A stretch of DNA of 64,000 nt from NCBI GenBank assembly GCA_048938105.1, contig JBHLMN010000003.1, positions 64,001 through 128,000 of the forward strand, given 5' to 3'. Each line of letters begins with the position of its first letter. Position 1 is the first letter of the stretch. Position numbers and translations under genes: made by a program. Below are positions 58,307-64,000 of the stretch, in pieces. A model generated the notes under the pieces. That model saw only the letters and a list, made by a program, of their open reading frames with translations. It did not search any database and was not told the DNA's origin. The DNA is from Promethearchaeota archaeon (GTDB lineage Archaea > Asgardarchaeota > Heimdallarchaeia > Hodarchaeales > Hodarchaeaceae).

Positions 58307-60955
58307 TTGGATTGTCATTACTATAATTTCATGTGGAAGAAGAACGGAAGAATAAGGATGCCTGAATGGGAAATTAGTTTCAACTTACGTGCTGGTGACC
58401 GATTAGAACATTTTCAGTTCCTAGTCAATCCTGTTAAAGAAATGACCAAAGATTTTCCTAGTTTTCCCAAGGATAAATTTCTACGAGCATTAAGAACTCA
58501 TAGTGAAGAAAACAGATATACGCTCCATTCTGGAGGAATTTCGGATCTGAAATTCAAACACACGTCTGATTATAATGAAAATCAAGAGATACATGTATTA
58601 ATGCTCGTAATGGAGAAAATTGGGCCTATTTCGTTAATCTTTCGGCAAACATTCGAGTATCTAATCCTTGAAGGGATTGATTCACATTATAACTACATTG
58701 GAGGAGAGGCTCTCCTCAACGTCTTGATTCAGATAATAAAACCTGACTCTCCAGCAGTTAAGGGTCTTGGAAAAATAACTACGATCTATCATGCTTCTAA
58801 TATCACCGAATTAACTAGAAAAGAGGCTTTTGTTTCTTTACTTGATAGCGTAGAAGGTCAAATAATTGTTTTTAGCTTAAGTATTATCTTACCAACTATA
58901 TTAATCATTGTTCTACCTTTAGAAGTTTTAGATAGCATGATAGGCTATGTTATGACCCTAGTAACTATAGCAATTCTATGGTGCATTTACCCCCTTGCGA
59001 AAAGATCAACAAAGTATGCACCACTGTCTTTAATCTCCATTTTAACCAGTTACCTTATCATTGAAATATTCATCCATATTCATTTTATAAAAAGAGGAAT
59101 AAACCCTTGGGGAATTTTCAACAATATTTCGCGCCAAAATTTAATAGGGATTTTGCAAAGCCAAGAATTAATCACGGAGCTTGGCACACAAGTTTTTTTA
59201 GGAATAGAATTACTTCAGATAGTTATTCCATTTATTGATATCATTTTCCTATTATTAATACCGTTCACCGTGGGAGTGGGACTTTCTGGATTTTTTATGA
59301 TATTTGAACGAAAATGGAAGAGCGCTACAGTGTTTCGGGTACTTTTTGGAGCATTATTTCTCATCTCAATCATTACTATTCCTTTGGTATATCATGCACT
59401 TGGAAAAGGATCTGAGGGCACTCTCCACGCAAGTATTGGTCTTATAAAGACAGCAGAGATGTTTTCTCCAGAGTTCTTAGAGAATCTTGATGAAAACTAC
59501 CTTCTTTTAGAAAGGTTAATTGCGCGGGCACAAGGAAATTTGACAAAAGCTGGTAATTCCTTTATACAATTCGGAGAAAATCCTCTAATAGCATATGTTT
59601 TACCTTATTTGATACCTGAAGTGGCAGGAATTCCCCTAGAAGATCTATCAGAAATATTAAAACTTACAACGGTACTAGCGGACACTGTACCCTACTTCTC
59701 TAACATTCTATGGGGTTATTATAATTTACAGACTGGATTTAATCAGACATTCGACATTCTATTACAATCAATTGAAGATTCCCCCCAAAAAGGCCTTGGA
59801 GCTGGTATTTTTCAGGAATATGATATATCAATGCAAGAAGCACTTCAAATAATGCAAAGAGGTGTGGGAAATCTCACTGTTGTTAAGGACCCGATATTAA
59901 ATTTAATCAGGAAGATAAGCAAATTTAACTATTCTGTTTTTGCTGAAATGTCCGATCTTCTTTCAGAATTAGAGATTGGGTTACCAATTATCATTACTGT
60001 CATCTCTGGTGCCGTACCATGGATTAACAGTACCTATAAACTTACTTTAGCTCTTGATGAGCTTTATGAATTTAATTTTGCATCAGATACTCTTTCGGAT
60101 GCAGAAAAAGATTACAATGAATCAAGAACTATGCGGGATGTCGATGTTGAAAGTTTGCCAGAAGGAGCACTAATCCCATTTCGTGATCTAGCTAATTTCA
60201 GCCTTAACTTGCATCAAGTAACAAAATATTTCTTATTTTCAATCAAAAACACCACGACTATGTTTCAAGCTTTAAACAATACACTAGTTCAAGTTCAAAA
60301 AATAAACTTCTCAGATTCAGCAAATATTAAAGATCCCCAGTGGATTAATATTGATAATGGACTTGATAACACTTCCCATTATTTAAGTGCAACACAAACA
60401 AGTTTAGACAATATGAGCTTAATCATCGAATCTCAGAAGCTCTTTCCGTTTGAGGAATTAGTTGTACTCAATAATTTACTCGATACTTTAGAGAATTTTA
60501 CTCAATCCGCCTCTGAGCGAGTCGATATCGTTGATCAATATGTTTCAGCTTTAAATGGGACTCTTCGGGCTGTGAAATTCTTTTCCATGGGTTCCTACAG
60601 CTTAAATCAAACCTTAAGTGAAGCAGTGCAGCCAGAAGATGTTGATTCTGGAAAAGCGATAGCTAATTTTACCTTTTCTCAAATAGAATCAAATATGACA
60701 AATGAACTCTTGAATTCAGTTAGAGAAGGGCAACTCTTGAATGAGAGTGCAGTTAACAATTGGCAACAGTTAGTTAAAGGAAATATCACTGATAACCGTA
60801 CAAATTCTATCTACATGAATGCTCAACGCTGCTTGGATTTGATTTCAGCTATAGAAGGTGTTCAAATTACGTTACAAGATGCCCAAGATGACCTTCAAAA
60901 GATTCTTGATAGAATGGAACAACTAGACGATAGATGGGATGTTTTTACCCAATGA
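58307..60955 (+). CDS. Polytopic membrane protein with a large helical, sequon-rich C-terminal ectodomain
   Basis: ~5 TM helices in the middle and ~20 N-x-S/T sites after the last TM. Probable ATG at 58358. Confidence 0.75.
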   Translation: MDCHYYNFMWKKNGRIRMPEWEISFNLRAGDRLEHFQFLVNPVKEMTKDFPSFPKDKFLRALRTHSEENRYTLHSGGISDLKFKHTSDYNENQEIHVLMLVMEKIGPISLIFRQTFEYLILEGIDSHYNYIGGEALLNVLIQIIKPDSPAVKGLGKITTIYHASNITELTRKEAFVSLLDSVEGQIIVFSLSIILPTILIIVLPLEVLDSMIGYVMTLVTIAILWCIYPLAKRSTKYAPLSLISILTSYLIIEIFIHIHFIKRGINPWGIFNNISRQNLIGILQSQELITELGTQVFLGIELLQIVIPFIDIIFLLLIPFTVGVGLSGFFMIFERKWKSATVFRVLFGALFLISIITIPLVYHALGKGSEGTLHASIGLIKTAEMFSPEFLENLDENYLLLERLIARAQGNLTKAGNSFIQFGENPLIAYVLPYLIPEVAGIPLEDLSEILKLTTVLADTVPYFSNILWGYYNLQTGFNQTFDILLQSIEDSPQKGLGAGIFQEYDISMQEALQIMQRGVGNLTVVKDPILNLIRKISKFNYSVFAEMSDLLSELEIGLPIIITVISGAVPWINSTYKLTLALDELYEFNFASDTLSDAEKDYNESRTMRDVDVESLPEGALIPFRDLANFSLNLHQVTKYFLFSIKNTTTMFQALNNTLVQVQKINFSDSANIKDPQWINIDNGLDNTSHYLSATQTSLDNMSLIIESQKLFPFEELVVLNNLLDTLENFTQSASERVDIVDQYVSALNGTLRAVKFFSMGSYSLNQTLSEAVQPEDVDSGKAIANFTFSQIESNMTNELLNSVREGQLLNESAVNNWQQLVKGNITDNRTNSIYMNAQRCLDLISAIEGVQITLQDAQDDLQKILDRMEQLDDRWDVFTQ

Positions 60956-60961
60956 GCTCTA

Positions 60962-62437
60962 TTATTGGAAAGAAAATGTAGATTGATCTTCAAGATATGG
61001 TTTTGGATCCAAGTCCCATACGGATAAATCAAACTCCCCCCGAGTGGCTGCCAAATCTCGGAAGACAGTCCCTGCTTGACCATCCTTCCAGAATTCTTCC
61101 CCATATTCATCGATCATTTGATTAGTCCATTCTTTTGCTCGAATGCTTCCAAGCAAATATGAAGGCGCATAAAGATCATAATCAGGCATAATATGGTGTA
61201 GGAGCCAATAATCTCCTGGAATTTCCCAAAAGAATCGTTTTGTTAATTCCTGAAACCGACTTGAAGCCTGTTCAGAGGTATAATCCCGCTTCCAGAACTC
61301 TAGTTTCATAAGAGCGTTAGCAGAGTAAAAAACCAGAAAATAGAGGTTGATAAAATGCCTTCTATCAATGATCTCTTGAATAACCTCCTCAGACAATCCA
61401 AGCTCCTGTTGTAAGAACAGGGGATACTGTAATAACATTTCTATGAATATAGAAAAAGTTTCCGCAACACTCATGGGAATAAAGTATCTTTTCCAATAAG
61501 AAGCATCGGGATCTCCAGAGGTTCCATGGATAGCATGTCCAAACTCATGGAAGATACTACTAAAATCACTGAATGGAGAAACATGTTTATAAACCACTCT
61601 AACATCGTTAGGAATTTTTATCCCAAAACAGAACGCAGATGGGGATTTTTTCTCACGATCTTCACTATCAACTTTTATTTGAGCAAGATCATCTTCAAAT
61701 CCCCAATTTGAAAGAAAACTCCCCACAACCTTCAAAGGATTCTTCTTTTCGAAATATTTGTTCAATGAAGAGTATATTCGCGCTTTGGCAACATAGAAAT
61801 CATCAAAGTACTCGAAAGTCTCTTTATTGAGAATTTCTGGAGCGTAGTGGTCTGCAGCTATTAAAAATGGTTTTCTCGCGCCGTCTCCTAATGAAAATAT
61901 AATGTTATTTAATTTATCATATGAGAGAAACTCTTTTTCTAAATATGCTTCGAGGGGTGAAGAACCATAAAGAGAATAAACTTGTCGGGAGATATTGAAA
62001 CGTTTAATAATAGAGGGGGCAAGATCTAGTATTTTATTAACAAACTCATCAAATACTTTTTGACGATCGTTTGGATTGGAGGAAAGAGCATTGAATTGCC
62101 TCCAAGATCCCCAATTAACTGGCTTTTTATGAAGTTGGTAGGCTTTGGTCGAAATCAATGACATTCGTCTATCATAAATCTCTAAGGATAGAGGTAATTT
62201 ACGGGCTTGCGCTATAGTATGAATAGAATTTAGATAAAAAGCCCTTGGTTCTTCATATGAGTTAAGGAACTCCGAACTTAACCCAACCAACGCTTCAGAG
62301 GCCGACTCCATAAGTTTCTTATCATACGGAAGACCTGCGGTTTGATTATACCTTTGTTCAAATAATTGAACGACATATTTCTCAAATTCAGCTCCAAGAT
62401 CCTCAATACTACGAACAGGGGTACTCAATGTTTTCAC
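60962..62437 (-). CDS. M3-family (oligoendopeptidase F-like) metallopeptidase
   Basis: DSEDREKKSPSAFCF, FHEFGHAIH, AETFS, Y-x-x-S-Y. Confidence 0.85.
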   Translation of the reverse strand: MKTLSTPVRSIEDLGAEFEKYVVQLFEQRYNQTAGLPYDKKLMESASEALVGLSSEFLNSYEEPRAFYLNSIHTIAQARKLPLSLEIYDRRMSLISTKAYQLHKKPVNWGSWRQFNALSSNPNDRQKVFDEFVNKILDLAPSIIKRFNISRQVYSLYGSSPLEAYLEKEFLSYDKLNNIIFSLGDGARKPFLIAADHYAPEILNKETFEYFDDFYVAKARIYSSLNKYFEKKNPLKVVGSFLSNWGFEDDLAQIKVDSEDREKKSPSAFCFGIKIPNDVRVVYKHVSPFSDFSSIFHEFGHAIHGTSGDPDASYWKRYFIPMSVAETFSIFIEMLLQYPLFLQQELGLSEEVIQEIIDRRHFINLYFLVFYSANALMKLEFWKRDYTSEQASSRFQELTKRFFWEIPGDYWLLHHIMPDYDLYAPSYLLGSIRAKEWTNQMIDEYGEEFWKDGQAGTVFRDLAATRGEFDLSVWDLDPKPYLEDQSTFSFQ

Positions 62438-62566
62438 CTGGAATCAATAAGTTTCTCCCAAGAGTAATGAATGAACATATAATCAACCTCATGAATTTTA
62501 GCTACAGGTTTTAAATTTTTAAGAAAGATTTTTGAGGTCTGAATAAAATTAAGATAGAAAAAAGAG

Positions 62567-63442
62567 ATGATTAATGTGCAAACTTCTATTATGCAATTTA
62601 CAGAAAGAGACCCAATTGAACTTCTAGGAATTGCATTTGTAGCAATAGGTATTATCTTGTTCCTTTCTTTTGGATTTCGCTTGTTATTTTCTTATAAACG
62701 AACGGAAAAAAAGCAAACATTATATCTTGCTTTAGAATTCATCTTCGGAGGACTAGGAATGTTCTTCCTGCTCGTAGAGCAGGTGATTCTAATGTTGTCT
62801 GTTGAAGTTATAGCTACTGCTCCAGATGTAATTACTGATCCGCCTATCCCTCCGATGCAGAGTTTTTTTCAGTATTCAGGTTTTGATGTATTTAGTGCAG
62901 GATGGGTTGGAGCAGCTTTAGCTTGGATTTCTTCTGGAATTGCAATCATAGCAGCAGTTTTTTTTGTAGTCTCATTTTTTCCTACCATGGGTAGGAAATA
63001 TTTAATTCCTCCTATCATTCTTATATTAGTCTATTTAGCTCTGATAATTATCTCGCCTTTTCAGTGGAATTTTTCTGGTTCAGATTGGAGCCCTGAGCAC
63101 GATCCTACGATAAACATTATCCTTTGGATCCTTTTCTTTATTCCTCTCTGGAGTGTCGCATTCCTCTTCCTATATCTAACCTTCAGTTTATTCCGTAGAG
63201 GTTCTCCTAGTTGGCGAAGATTGTGTTGGATATTTGTTAGTCAAACACTCCTATCAATTGCATTCACTATCGAGATTGTTAATCCATCAATGATAACAGA
63301 GTATTTGATTCCAGCTCTTATAGGTAGCGAAGGAGTTATCGCAACTATTTCCCGGTTTTTCCTAATGATCTATCCTATGTTAATGTGGATAGGTGTACTG
63401 ACACCAAGTTGGGCTAAAGGTATGTTAGGGGTAACTACCTAA
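62567..63442 (+). CDS. Seven-transmembrane orphan protein
   Basis: Seven hydrophobic helices by inspection, ending GVLTPSWAK. No Lys in helix 7. Confidence 0.75.
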   Translation: MINVQTSIMQFTERDPIELLGIAFVAIGIILFLSFGFRLLFSYKRTEKKQTLYLALEFIFGGLGMFFLLVEQVILMLSVEVIATAPDVITDPPIPPMQSFFQYSGFDVFSAGWVGAALAWISSGIAIIAAVFFVVSFFPTMGRKYLIPPIILILVYLALIIISPFQWNFSGSDWSPEHDPTINIILWILFFIPLWSVAFLFLYLTFSLFRRGSPSWRRLCWIFVSQTLLSIAFTIEIVNPSMITEYLIPALIGSEGVIATISRFFLMIYPMLMWIGVLTPSWAKGMLGVTT

Positions 63443-63483
63443 TCCTCTCTTTTCATTAAGAGTCTGAGTGGATTATTCTATCC

Positions 63484-63954
63484 TTAGAGATCTCCCATCC
63501 AGTCTAAAAATCTCGCAGATACTCGTTGTAAAAGTAATTCACGTATTAAAGGATTCCGTTGAGCTCCAATCTCTGCAGCTACTTCAACTAATGATGAATC
63601 ATACTTTTTTTGAATTTCATTTATTCTACTTTCTTTTTCAGCTTCTGGATATGAAAAAGCCTCCACTAACATACCAGCAACCTTTAAGAGTTTTTCAGTC
63701 GATTCTTTCACTATAGGAGTTGGATTATCTAGGTTTTTTCGCAGTTCTTTAATTAGATTCCTTGAATACTTGCAAGGTTCACCATTTTTAACCTGCTTTT
63801 TATCCATATCAATTAAAACTTCATTAGGATAATTTTTGACTAGATCTTTCCCTATACCAATGATATCAGCATATGCAGGGTCAATTATCTCTCTTGTAAA
63901 GCTCACTTTCCTCAAGTTCACATGTGGGACGAGCATATCCAAACTGTGAACCAT
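63484..63954 (-). CDS. Hypothetical helical protein
   Basis: 156-aa ATG ORF with ordinary composition, convergent with the 7TM gene. Confidence 0.7.
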   Translation of the reverse strand: MVHSLDMLVPHVNLRKVSFTREIIDPAYADIIGIGKDLVKNYPNEVLIDMDKKQVKNGEPCKYSRNLIKELRKNLDNPTPIVKESTEKLLKVAGMLVEAFSYPEAEKESRINEIQKKYDSSLVEVAAEIGAQRNPLIRELLLQRVSARFLDWMGDL

Positions 63955-64000
63955 TAAATCAATTATTATATCAGATCCACCAGTAACAAAAACAGACTTA

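Noticed and set aside
62567-63442. Rhodopsin (helio- or schizorhodopsin)
   Set aside because: There is no Schiff-base lysine in helix 7.
1-64000. CRISPR arrays, tRNA or rRNA genes
   Set aside because: No regularly spaced direct repeats or GC-rich structured RNA genes were seen in any intergenic region by eye. tRNAscan-SE and Infernal were not run.

Overview
AT-rich, gene-dense archaeal chromosomal segment. The content points to an Asgard archaeon, probably Heimdallarchaeia-like; this is an inference from two Rab-like GTPases, a longin/roadblock protein, a giant alpha-solenoid and a 7TM orphan. Layout: (1) 1-22 kb: four giant Ca2+-binding surface proteins. Three form a coupled operon (TSP3-like repeat anchor, a 3,000-aa FG-GAP/Asp-box multi-propeller protein, and a 6x PPC/collagen-binding-like anchor). 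The fourth is a convergent beta-helix protein with an inserted EPN/WND C-type lectin domain. (2) 22-24.5 kb: a decayed island with a propeller pseudogene, an IS607-type tnpB remnant retaining its omegaRNA/right end, and a VapBC toxin-antitoxin pair. (3) 24.5-39 kb: housekeeping and other genes (nitrilase, PLP enzyme, hisS, glgA, solenoid protein, NMP kinase, Rab-like GTPase). (4) 39.4-44.2 kb: a SAM-methyltransferase + HgcA-like corrinoid membrane protein + HgcB-like ferredoxin module with non-canonical motifs, preceded by GNAT/DMT/MFS genes. (5) 44.4-53.7 kb: an 8-gene MoxR/DUF58 cluster with Zn-ribbon membrane proteins and a PrsW-like protease that probably starts at ATT. (6) 53.9-64 kb: GH57, a Rab plus longin-roadblock pair, a glycosylated helical membrane protein, an M3 peptidase and a 7TM protein. 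No rRNA, tRNA or CRISPR array was seen. All family calls come from motif recognition by eye; no searches were run.
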